From Candidatus Latescibacterota bacterium (GTDB taxonomy: Bacteria; Latescibacterota; UBA2968; SICM01), in the NCBI GenBank assembly GCA_965217865.1, contig CBDCJO010000002.1, positions 5,408,001 to 5,472,000 on the forward strand: a stretch of 64,000 nt of DNA. The letters run 5' to 3'. The notes under the pieces are model-generated. The model ran no database searches. It saw nothing but the letters and a program-made list of their open reading frames with translations, and was not told the DNA's origin. Numbering within the stretch: the first letter of the stretch is position 1; each line of letters begins with the position of its first letter. A program made the position numbers and the translations under genes. Below, piece by piece: positions 50,624 through 59,360 of the stretch.

Positions 50624-51946
50624 TCAACAAGATCGATCGCGCAAAACATCCTTTCGAATTTCTGCCAAGTCATCCAATTCCGGCATGCCCGGGTCACGCG
50701 GACGGGCGGATGTTGGACGGCGACAAACCAGCGCGCCCGCGCAAAGGGTCATCAGGAGGGCCTCCATGGCAAGCAATGAGATGGCGGCCCCGATCGCACC
50801 CATGCTGGGGATTAGAACAAGGTTCATCGACACGTTAAAAATGAGAGAGATCCCCGTGAAGACAGCGTTGTAACGAGCCATTCCCTGGGCAATCATGAAA
50901 TGGGACAATCCGTAAGTGATGAACATCGGGATGAGAGCGGCCATCAGGAAGGCAAGGGATGACCCGGCGGCGGCGTATTCTGCTCCATAAACAAGGTTTA
51001 TCAGTTCCTGCCGAAAAGTTATTCCCAGGCACGCGATGACGCCCCCGAGGGCCAAAAGCAGGCCTACCGATTTCCGCACGAGAGAATTTCTGCGGGGATC
51101 CCCCGGTTGAATGCTTGAAAAAGCGGGATAAACTCCGGCCATCAGAGCGGCCGGCAGCAGCGCCCAAGGTTCCATCAATCGCCGCCCGGCTCCGTAAAGT
51201 CCCACCTCTTCGATTCCCCGCATGGCCTCCAGGATGACCACGTCCACCCGGAAACAGATTGCCGAGAGACTGATCGCAACGCCGATAGGAAGGATTTCTC
51301 TGAACGCATTCCGGACCAGGTCCCGGTCAATCGTGAAATCGGGGCGAAGGAATCGTCTTGTCAGGATCAGGTATGCGATCCCGGTAGACACTGCGGAGGC
51401 CCCAAAGAATCCCGAGGTCACACCGACTATCCTCCAACCGAGGAAAATGGCCCCAAGTCCGAAAATCAGGCTGAGCATGCGTTGAAGAATGCTGAGGCCG
51501 GCCTCGAACCGGATCTCCTGTTTTCCCCGAAATACGTAAAAGATGAACTCTCCAAAAGAGTTCAGAAGAACGCCCATGGCCAAGATGAATACCGCGACTC
51601 GGCCTTCTCCACCAAATCCCCCAAACCGGATCCCGACCAGGAGGCATCCCATCCCAAACACGGCCAGGGTAACACGCGACAGGAGAAGATTCCCGACGAG
51701 TCGGTTGAGGTCCCGCCGGTTTCCCGCGACTTCCCTGGCCACGAATACCTGCATTCCGAAGTCGGTGACCTGAGACAGGATTAGTCCGGTTGTGAACCCG
51801 AAGACGTAGATCCCGAATCCAGCCTGCCCAAGGGCGCGGGCAACCACCGCCATCAGGACCAGGGTGAATAACTTGCCCAACACCTCAGATCCCAGTTTGA
51901 AGAAGACATTTATCCCCACCCTGCGGGGGAATGGATTGAGCGCCAT
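50624..51946 (-). CDS. Wzx/MOP-family polysaccharide flippase
   Basis: ARALG..GFG.Y, RVDVVIL....G.EEVGLY.A, NLVLIP.MGAIGAA; many TM helices. Confidence 0.92.
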   Translation of the reverse strand: MALNPFPRRVGINVFFKLGSEVLGKLFTLVLMAVVARALGQAGFGIYVFGFTTGLILSQVTDFGMQVFVAREVAGNRRDLNRLVGNLLLSRVTLAVFGMGCLLVGIRFGGFGGEGRVAVFILAMGVLLNSFGEFIFYVFRGKQEIRFEAGLSILQRMLSLIFGLGAIFLGWRIVGVTSGFFGASAVSTGIAYLILTRRFLRPDFTIDRDLVRNAFREILPIGVAISLSAICFRVDVVILEAMRGIEEVGLYGAGRRLMEPWALLPAALMAGVYPAFSSIQPGDPRRNSLVRKSVGLLLALGGVIACLGITFRQELINLVYGAEYAAAGSSLAFLMAALIPMFITYGLSHFMIAQGMARYNAVFTGISLIFNVSMNLVLIPSMGAIGAAISLLAMEALLMTLCAGALVCRRPTSARPRDPGMPELDDLAEIRKDVLRDRSC

Positions 51947-52126
51947 ACGCAGTTCGGTCCTCTTAAAAGCCTTACCTCGGAACCGCAATTAGTCTGGAAG
52001 GGCAAGTTGGAAGGGGAAGACGATTTGGCGGACTCAATGATTAAACCAGCAGTCCCGAGTCAAAAGTCGGAAGTCTCGACCCACTAAACGAAAAGGCTTG
52101 AAGATTGGAGGATCGTGACATATGTC

Positions 52127-53341
52127 TTACTTACTCCGGCTGCTATATTTTATTTCCGGAAGAAAATCGAGTACGATCGGATCGTGATCGGAAAGGGGAC
52201 CGTAAGTTTCCTGAAGATCCCCCACGACCCTTGGAGGGAAATCCGCCACCGGTGTAATCCCCTTGCCGGCAAACCAGTCGAGTTTGAACGAGCACCGGCC
52301 TTGATGATCTTTTAGGGCCCAATCGATAAACTTAAAACACCACCCCGGAACCCAGTTACCCAGATTGGAATTGACCGCGGCATCTAAAACATTGTAATGA
52401 AGCGTACAAACGCCCGGCTCGTTCAGATTCCGATAGTAGAATCCCCTCTCTGAAAGTTCGCGGAATAGGTGACGTTCAAACCAACGATCCGGATGCGGAT
52501 AGTGTTTGGTGATCGCACGCTCCACACCCATGAGGACGCGCCTCCAGAACCCAACAATGGCGTAGGTGGCACGCTTTGAATTGTATGTTGAGGTGTTCCA
52601 ATCCCCTCCTATCAGAACTGGAAGCGGGTCCAGATCGGACAGGTGATCGAGGACCTGTTGCATCTGACGGTGACGGTGGCCCTGAGAGGAATGGGCGTCC
52701 ATGTGAAGGCTCACCCCCCTGACCGGCCCCATGGGATGATCGATTACTGCGACTACCGCCTTCTGACACCCCAACCTTTTTTCATTCCCCTTCATCTTGT
52801 CCTTCCCGTTAGGAAGAGAGATCGCGTGAGCTTCACGAAGGGGATGACGTGAGAAAAGAGCGTTTCCGTGAAGGGCCTCGGCATTCTCACCCGGGACCCC
52901 CTCCTCCAGACCGGATCCTTTGTTCAAATTCAAGTAGCTCGGAGCAAAGGCGTAGTTGAGTTTCATGGCCGATGCAATCTCGCGGGCAACGTGACGATTC
53001 CTCGTGCGTATCATACCGTGATCCAGTTCGGTGAGCAGAAAGATGTCGCTTCCCCGGATCAGCGGGTGCTCCTTCATCACGCGGATGACATTATCCAGTT
53101 GAATCCCTCGTTCGATATTCCAAGCAGTGACACGAATCGATGACTTAGAGGATGGTCCTGAAGGCGCAAAATTTTCACCGACCACGGTTCCCAAAAGCTT
53201 TTCGACATCCGGCATCAGTCTTGCATAGAGGGAGGAGTTAAGCCATGCCCGGGTTGAGGAAAACTGCTGTATTTCTTCAAAAAAGGGAGTCAAGCCGTGG
53301 TCCAAAGGGGCCACAACCGTGGGATAGGGATCATTTCGCAT
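52127..53341 (-). CDS. Endonuclease/exonuclease/phosphatase family protein
   Basis: WNIERG, GNALFSR, GGDWNT, KLDWF, SDHDP. Confidence 0.92.
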   Translation of the reverse strand: MRNDPYPTVVAPLDHGLTPFFEEIQQFSSTRAWLNSSLYARLMPDVEKLLGTVVGENFAPSGPSSKSSIRVTAWNIERGIQLDNVIRVMKEHPLIRGSDIFLLTELDHGMIRTRNRHVAREIASAMKLNYAFAPSYLNLNKGSGLEEGVPGENAEALHGNALFSRHPLREAHAISLPNGKDKMKGNEKRLGCQKAVVAVIDHPMGPVRGVSLHMDAHSSQGHRHRQMQQVLDHLSDLDPLPVLIGGDWNTSTYNSKRATYAIVGFWRRVLMGVERAITKHYPHPDRWFERHLFRELSERGFYYRNLNEPGVCTLHYNVLDAAVNSNLGNWVPGWCFKFIDWALKDHQGRCSFKLDWFAGKGITPVADFPPRVVGDLQETYGPLSDHDPIVLDFLPEIKYSSRSK

Positions 53342-53480
53342 CTGATTTAACGTTTCAATTCTCGTGTGGAAAGGGAAGGTCGAGCGCCATCACACTCGGA
53401 CTTGACAAAAACCCTTGTCCCAAATAGGCGATGACTTAACTTGCTTTGGGCTTCTTATAACCCATCAGGAGGCAAGTTCT

Positions 53481-53699
53481 GTGTCACGCGTGATGATTAT
53501 CCGTTGCGACCGTTGCAATAAAAGGATCCTGAAATATCTAAAGGTTGGAAAAGGGCGGCTTCTCCGCTGCTTTAAGGACCGGATCAAACTGGACGAGACG
53601 GTTCGGAAAGGACAGGAGGTCTTTTGCAGATGCGGAAATCGAATCGGTCGGGATGAGGGCGACCATCTCAAAATCTATGGCAAATACAAACTTGATTGA
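53481..53699 (+). CDS. Small zinc-ribbon-like protein
   Basis: CDRC...KY.K.GKG.L.RC..DRI...CRCG; GTG after AGGAGG. Confidence 0.7.
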   Translation: MSRVMIIRCDRCNKRILKYLKVGKGRLLRCFKDRIKLDETVRKGQEVFCRCGNRIGRDEGDHLKIYGKYKLD

Positions 53700-53710
53700 A
53701 CCAAACTCCC

Positions 53711-54565
53711 TTATTTTCTGATCCGCAATCTCCTCAGATAATTCAAGCTTCTTTTGACGGCCTCTTCCTCCTCCCCCGTATCCGGGTGGAGAAAATCGAC
53801 CTCCACGCAGAGCAAACCCCGATACTTGGCGTTTTTCAAAAAGCCGATAGCGGCTCTCATGTCCACAATCCCGTCTCCAAGCGGGACGCTGGGCCAGAAG
53901 GAGAATTCCTTGGGATCCCCGCGCCAGATCCCGATGTCTTTTACGTGTGTCGCCACGGTGTAAGGGGCCAGTTTCCTGCAAACCTCCAGAGGATCCTCGA
54001 AAAGCCGCAGGTTGTTTCCGGTATCGAGGGTTACCCCGAGGTGGGGGGAACCGACGCCCTCGATCAGTTCAACCATTTCATCTCCTGTCAGGTCGATATG
54101 ATTCTCGATTCCCAGGATAATCCCGTTATCACGTGCGGCGGGGAGGACACGCTTCAAGGCAGCTCGAAGCCGGCGATAGTGTATTGCCCAGGAGTCCGGA
54201 CGGGTTTGTGCGTTTCCACCCACGATCCGCATGGTATCCGCACCAATGGCCTCTGCATAGGATAGGTTCGCGACCAGGTCCTTTTCCGCATTACGGCTCG
54301 ATCCGGAATGCAACCCGTCGGGGTGACCCCATGCCCACACCCGTACAAATCCGTATTCATCCAGTTTCTCTCTAAGCCTCATCAGGTCGTCCCGTTTACA
54401 GGAGATAAAGCAGGACTCCAGCGACACCCCCCCTACTTTGAATCGTTTGGCTCTTTCCAAAAAGTCGAATACAGTCATCCGCTTACCCCGGGGACGCTTC
54501 TGGATCCCCGGATAGACCTCTCCAAAATAGCGATGATAGCAGTATGAATCGATGCCCAAATTCAC
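53711..54565 (-). CDS. Sugar phosphate isomerase/epimerase TIM barrel
   Basis: GIENH, LDTGN, THVKD, LGDG.VD, CVEVD. Confidence 0.9.
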   Translation of the reverse strand: MNLGIDSYCYHRYFGEVYPGIQKRPRGKRMTVFDFLERAKRFKVGGVSLESCFISCKRDDLMRLREKLDEYGFVRVWAWGHPDGLHSGSSRNAEKDLVANLSYAEAIGADTMRIVGGNAQTRPDSWAIHYRRLRAALKRVLPAARDNGIILGIENHIDLTGDEMVELIEGVGSPHLGVTLDTGNNLRLFEDPLEVCRKLAPYTVATHVKDIGIWRGDPKEFSFWPSVPLGDGIVDMRAAIGFLKNAKYRGLLCVEVDFLHPDTGEEEEAVKRSLNYLRRLRIRK

Positions 54566-54587
54566 GGAGCGGCTCCCTGTAAACAAT

Positions 54588-54846
54588 GAATATTGAATAT
54601 CGATGAATTGAATATTTGAACAATTCACGAATTTCTTGGAGGTCCGCCAATCTTCAATCGTCGATCTTCAATTTCCCTGGCCCCTGCCTTTGCTTTTCCT
54701 GCACTCCCACTGTTTCTGCTTTTCCGTTTCACGTCTCACGTCTGACCTCTCACGTTTTTCCAATCTTCAATCTTCAATCGTCGATCTTCAATTTCTCTGG
54801 CCCCTGCCTTTGCCTTTCCTGCCACTGCTACTGCCTTTACCTGGGC
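54588..54846. repeat. Duplicated composite heptamer/hexamer repeat
   Basis: CAATCTTCAATCGTCGATCTTCAATTTC(C/T)CTGGCCCCTGCCTTTGC occurs twice; TCACGTC units between. Confidence 0.8.
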
Positions 54847-54863
54847 CCCGATATCCGATCCCC

Positions 54864-55316
54864 TCACCACCGGTATACCATCAAAATCAGGACAATCAGC
54901 CAGAGAAGATGTTCAATCCCGTGAATCATCGAAAACCGGCCAGCCAGACGCTTGGCCTCCGAAAAATCGTCTCCATCTCCCTCTAAAATACTTTCAATCC
55001 GCTTCCAGGTTGGGAGCGAGAGCGCGATCCCGATCATAAAGAGGACCAGGGTGATCCCGAAGCCCGCGTGGATGGCGGGTCGAACGTTCGCAAAACCCCC
55101 CATATCGATTATGAGTCCCAGCCCGGTAAGGATTGTAAAGACTCCGGAACCGAATATTACCCGGTTTAATCGATTTACACGTTCCCCGAGCAGGTCGGTA
55201 TGGGGTTTTCCGTGTTCAATGGTCCTCCTGAGATCCCCCGGCAGGGCGAGCCCCGCTCCGAACCAAATCGCTGCACCTAAGATATGAAGAATTTTCAAAA
55301 TCAGATAGATTGGCAT
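54864..55316 (-). CDS. DUF2269-like four-helix membrane protein
   Basis: LKILHILGAAIW.G start, ILTGL.L, ends LILMVYRW. Confidence 0.7.
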   Translation of the reverse strand: MPIYLILKILHILGAAIWFGAGLALPGDLRRTIEHGKPHTDLLGERVNRLNRVIFGSGVFTILTGLGLIIDMGGFANVRPAIHAGFGITLVLFMIGIALSLPTWKRIESILEGDGDDFSEAKRLAGRFSMIHGIEHLLWLIVLILMVYRW

Positions 55317-55410
55317 TTAAAGCTCCTATTCAGAATAATCTTCGAACGCAATATCTAAACCGGACCGATCTCCTCCGATATACGAGATGGGTGTCTCAGG
55401 CAGAAATCCC

Positions 55411-55439
55411 TTGACCTTCTCCGGGGTTTAACCTATCTT
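55411..55439 (+). promoter_or_regulatory. Candidate sigma70 promoter
   Basis: TTGACC-17 bp-TATCTT upstream of the mltD-like gene. Confidence 0.5.
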
Positions 55440-55514
55440 TGGCCTATCCCCTTTATTGACAAATACCTCTCCAAGCAAACCCCTCCTTCCTGTCTTCCCA
55501 AAAAAATATTACGA

Positions 55515-57539
55515 ATGCAAATTAATCTAACAAAAGCCGTACTCTGTCCATTCCTTTGTGTCGCTCTATTGGCTTGCAGTTCCGTCCGTCACAGCACTCG
55601 CCGTGCCGCAAAGGTCGATTCGACCGCAACAGTTCCCCTGGACCCCAAGAAGTCCCTTGCGGTTGCCCGCAAGCATATCAATATGGCTCGAAAATCACTT
55701 TCTTCCGGGAATGCAGAGCAGGCCATTGCAGAGATCGACCTTTCTTCGGACATCCTGGCCACGGTTGAAATTAGACCCGAGGATCAGCCCAAGCTATTCA
55801 AGAAATACGTGGAACTCCTCAGGCTCCTGGAGCAGACCCGCCGTGAAGTGATCCCAAAGGGAACACCTGTCGCAAGTGAAGATGCACCTGCCATCGCCCT
55901 GGTCCAGATCCTGGACCCACGGAGCCTTGCGACCTTGTCTGTCAACGATGTCCAGCAGGTAATGATCATAAAAAAAATCGCGGATTCTTCCGATATTCCC
56001 CTGGAATGCACCCCTGCGGTCCTGCGCTACATTCGGTTCTATACGACCACCGCACGCAAAAGCATGGAAACATGGCTCAGCCGAGCGGCCACATACACCC
56101 CGATGATCCGTGGGATCCTCGAAGAGGAATCCGTCCCCCTCGACCTATCTTATCTGCCGATGATCGAGAGCGGATACAACCCATTCGCATACTCACGGGC
56201 AAGGGCGAATGGGATGTGGCAGTTCATCGCAAGTACGGGAAGGGCTTTCAATCTCCGGATAGACGACTGGGTCGATGAAAGGAGAGATCCTGAAAAATCC
56301 ACCCGGGCAGCCGCCCGATATCTCAGGAACCTTCATGGACGACTGGGCGACTGGAAATTGGCCTTGGCATCATACAACTGGGGCCGGCTAAATGTGGAAA
56401 AGGCCATGAGAAAGGCGGGATCCCGAAACTTCTGGAAACTCAGAGTCCCGAGGGAAACCCGATCCTACGTTCCGTCGTTCATGGCGGTGGTCATCATCGC
56501 GCGGAGCCCGGAGACATTCGGGTTCAATAATGTCACCCCCGGAGATCCCTGGCACTTTGACCCGATTCCCATCAAATCGCCGGTTTCCCTTCGGGTGGCC
56601 GCGAAGTGTGCCGGAACCTCTGAAAAGATCATGAAGGGGCTCAATCCGGAACTCAAATGGGGGGTCACACCTCCCAAAAAGCGGTTTGTGCTTCGCCTGC
56701 CCCCGGGCACCCGGGAGCGATTCGAAAAAAGATTCGCAGCCCTTTCCCCGAAGGAAAAGCTTCCGTGGTATCCATACCGGGTCAAGCGTGGAGATAATCT
56801 TTCCTCCATAGCCTCCCGAAACGGCATCTCTTCCAAGATGCTGGCCAAAGTAAACGGGCTGAAATCCCGGAAATCCCGGAATCGTCTGAAGATCGGCCAG
56901 CGCCTGCTGATCCCTCTGAAATCGGTTGCCCGGGCCTCCTCTCCTCCACGGAAGGTCCGTCGGGGAAAAACCAAATACACCGTTCGTCGGGGGGATACCC
57001 TCTATCGAATCGCCCGTTTATACGGGGTGACCGTTAATCAACTCCGAGCCTGGAACGATGTCCCTTCAGCCAGGCGCCTCCGTCCGGGGAAACGGTTGAA
57101 CATCTGGAAGACCCGAGTGCGTTATAACGGTTCTAAAGACTACCACGTGGTTCGCCGTGGCGACACGCTTTGGGAAATTGCCAAGGCTTACGGCGTCACA
57201 GTCAATCAGCTGCGGGCCTGGAACGATGTCCCGTCGAGCAAGCGCCTCCGCCCCGGCAAGAAACTGACGATCCGGAAATCCAAAAAGTCGTCCTCCAAGA
57301 AGCCCACCAGGCTGGCCTCCAGCGAAAAAGCCGACGAGATCCTTTTTCACACGATCCGAAGGGGGGACACCCTCTGGGGAATTTCTCGGGCTTATGGTGT
57401 CTCGATTAGACAACTCAGAAAATGGAATGATATCTCATCTAGCAAGCGCCTTCGTCCGGGAAAACGGATTATCGTCCGGAAGCCCAAGGACGGGAAGGCA
57501 CAGATCGGGCTCTTTCTCCCGGATCGCCTTGCTGCATGA
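55515..57539 (+). CDS. mltD: Membrane-bound lytic murein transglycosylase D-like lipoprotein with four LysM domains
   Basis: LLAC lipobox, IESGY, GMWQF, ASYNWG, ETR.YVP; four (V/I)xRGD.L..I(A/S) repeats. Confidence 0.88.
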   Translation: MQINLTKAVLCPFLCVALLACSSVRHSTRRAAKVDSTATVPLDPKKSLAVARKHINMARKSLSSGNAEQAIAEIDLSSDILATVEIRPEDQPKLFKKYVELLRLLEQTRREVIPKGTPVASEDAPAIALVQILDPRSLATLSVNDVQQVMIIKKIADSSDIPLECTPAVLRYIRFYTTTARKSMETWLSRAATYTPMIRGILEEESVPLDLSYLPMIESGYNPFAYSRARANGMWQFIASTGRAFNLRIDDWVDERRDPEKSTRAAARYLRNLHGRLGDWKLALASYNWGRLNVEKAMRKAGSRNFWKLRVPRETRSYVPSFMAVVIIARSPETFGFNNVTPGDPWHFDPIPIKSPVSLRVAAKCAGTSEKIMKGLNPELKWGVTPPKKRFVLRLPPGTRERFEKRFAALSPKEKLPWYPYRVKRGDNLSSIASRNGISSKMLAKVNGLKSRKSRNRLKIGQRLLIPLKSVARASSPPRKVRRGKTKYTVRRGDTLYRIARLYGVTVNQLRAWNDVPSARRLRPGKRLNIWKTRVRYNGSKDYHVVRRGDTLWEIAKAYGVTVNQLRAWNDVPSSKRLRPGKKLTIRKSKKSSSKKPTRLASSEKADEILFHTIRRGDTLWGISRAYGVSIRQLRKWNDISSSKRLRPGKRIIVRKPKDGKAQIGLFLPDRLAA

Positions 57540-57595
57540 ACAGTGCTAAGTCCGGATTTGGTTAAACCAGACGACTTTTTTAATTCCTCGCACCG

Positions 57596-58414
57596 TCATT
57601 CGAAAGGCCAGAGTCGTTGAATGGTCTTGGATAACAGCCACTCCTTATCCCCCCCCGTCAGGAACTCCATCCCGTCCCGCACCCCGGTCAGGGTTTGAGC
57701 ATAGGTGGCATCCGGAAGGCAAACCGGCCAGTTCGTGCCCCACATACACCGGTTAACACCGAAGGCGTCGATGACCCGCTTGACCAACGCGTGTGAATCT
57801 TCCCAAGGATATATTCCGCAGCTGATCTTCGATGTATTGCTAACCTTAACAAACATACGTGGGTAACGTGACATTTCAAGCAATCTTTCGATGTTTTCCG
57901 CTTCCCCGATTTTACAACCAGCCATATGATCGATGCAAACGTCAAGGTCCCCGTGACGGTCGAGCAGACGGCAGAGGTCCGGCAGACGACCCGGTTTGGT
58001 CAGAATGAGCATCGGAACCTTCAAACGGGTTGCGGATTCGAACAAGGGATCCATCAACGGACCAATAAACCAATCCCCCGCAGGACCCGATTCCGGGCTG
58101 AGGCGCACCCCGTGTAGCCCCTTCTCTTCGACCCACATCCTCAGGTGATCCGGGGCAGCCGGATCCTCTGGATCCACCCGGGCAACCCCCATAAACTTGC
58201 CCGGGTACCGGTGAATGGCGTCCAGAATAAACCGGTTATCCCAACGATAGTAGATGACCTGGACGAGGACGGAATGCGCCACTCCATTGCTCTCCATAAG
58301 CTCCAGAAGCATCTCCGAGGTGGCATCTTCCCCGGGTGGCGTGCCGGTCTCCCTGGCCCAGGGGAAAGCAGGATCGTTCTTGTAGATATGGACGTGCGGA
58401 TCGATGATTCTCAA
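57596..58414 (-). CDS. Amidohydrolase family 2 protein (sugar-lactonase-like)
   Basis: IDPHVH, GVRL, IDHMA, MWGTNWP. Confidence 0.9.
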   Translation of the reverse strand: MRIIDPHVHIYKNDPAFPWARETGTPPGEDATSEMLLELMESNGVAHSVLVQVIYYRWDNRFILDAIHRYPGKFMGVARVDPEDPAAPDHLRMWVEEKGLHGVRLSPESGPAGDWFIGPLMDPLFESATRLKVPMLILTKPGRLPDLCRLLDRHGDLDVCIDHMAGCKIGEAENIERLLEMSRYPRMFVKVSNTSKISCGIYPWEDSHALVKRVIDAFGVNRCMWGTNWPVCLPDATYAQTLTGVRDGMEFLTGGDKEWLLSKTIQRLWPFE

Positions 58415-58467
58415 CCGGAGCCTCCGAAAAGCTCGAACTTAACCACCTGCAAGGCCTACACTTCGAA

Positions 58468-58496
58468 AAGGTAAGTCCCACTATTGCCGATGTCAA
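58468..58496 (-). promoter_or_regulatory. Candidate sigma70 promoter
   Basis: Minus strand TTGACA-17 bp-TACCTT. Confidence 0.5.
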
Positions 58497-58514
58497 CGAC
58501 AAAAAGGGGGGGGT

Positions 58515-59291
58515 ATGAGCAACTTGCTTTCCTGCAATCTTGACATTATTGGAAGCTACGGAAACTATCCTGACACAGCTTTCAGCCATCTTCAGAAGAT
58601 CGGCGTAAAGTATGTGGAAATCCCCGTCCCTCCGGTTGAACGGGCAGAGGCGACCCGGGAAGTCCTGTCCTATTTCGATCTCTCCGCGGCCAGCCTAGTG
58701 ATCCAAGGCAAAATCGAAAGAGAGCAAATTGCCGACGACCTTCTCCCCGGATTTCAAACAGCCGAAAATATGGGTGTGAAGATCGTTTTTATCAGCGTCA
58801 AGGCAGGGGATATTCCGCTCGAGACCGTGTACACACGTCTCCGGAAGGTCGGTGACGCTGCGGCGTCGCACGGGGTGACCGTTACCCTTGAGACCCATCC
58901 GGATCTTTGTGAAAACGCCCTCGTCGCCCTCCGGACGATGGATGCGGTGGATCATCCCAATATCAGGCTCAACTTCGACACCGCGAATGTCTTTTATCAC
59001 AACAAAGGCGAGGTGGACGGTGTCGCTGATCTCAGTAAAATCGCGAAATATGTCGTTTCCATCCATCTCAAAGACACAAGAGGAGGTTACAGGAACTGGC
59101 AATTTCCCACCCTTGGGGAAGGTATAGTCGATTTCAAAGGGACATTCCGGGTTATGAACGAAATCGGGTTCCACGGCCCCTTTACCATGGAACTTGAAGG
59201 TGTCGAAGGCGAGGAGCTCAACCTGAGACGGCAGCACGAGCGTGTCGAAAAATCGGTTGAACACCTGCGGGACATAGGCGCCATCGATTAA
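58515..59291 (+). CDS. Sugar phosphate isomerase/epimerase TIM barrel
   Basis: LETH, NFDTAN, IHLKD, LGEG.VDF, MELE. Confidence 0.9.
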   Translation: MSNLLSCNLDIIGSYGNYPDTAFSHLQKIGVKYVEIPVPPVERAEATREVLSYFDLSAASLVIQGKIEREQIADDLLPGFQTAENMGVKIVFISVKAGDIPLETVYTRLRKVGDAAASHGVTVTLETHPDLCENALVALRTMDAVDHPNIRLNFDTANVFYHNKGEVDGVADLSKIAKYVVSIHLKDTRGGYRNWQFPTLGEGIVDFKGTFRVMNEIGFHGPFTMELEGVEGEELNLRRQHERVEKSVEHLRDIGAID

Positions 59292-59360
59292 CCGGATTCA
59301 CCCCGAATCTTTGAACCGCCGACCCGGCGTGTAACGGTGCCGGGTCTCTGTTTTGGAAAT

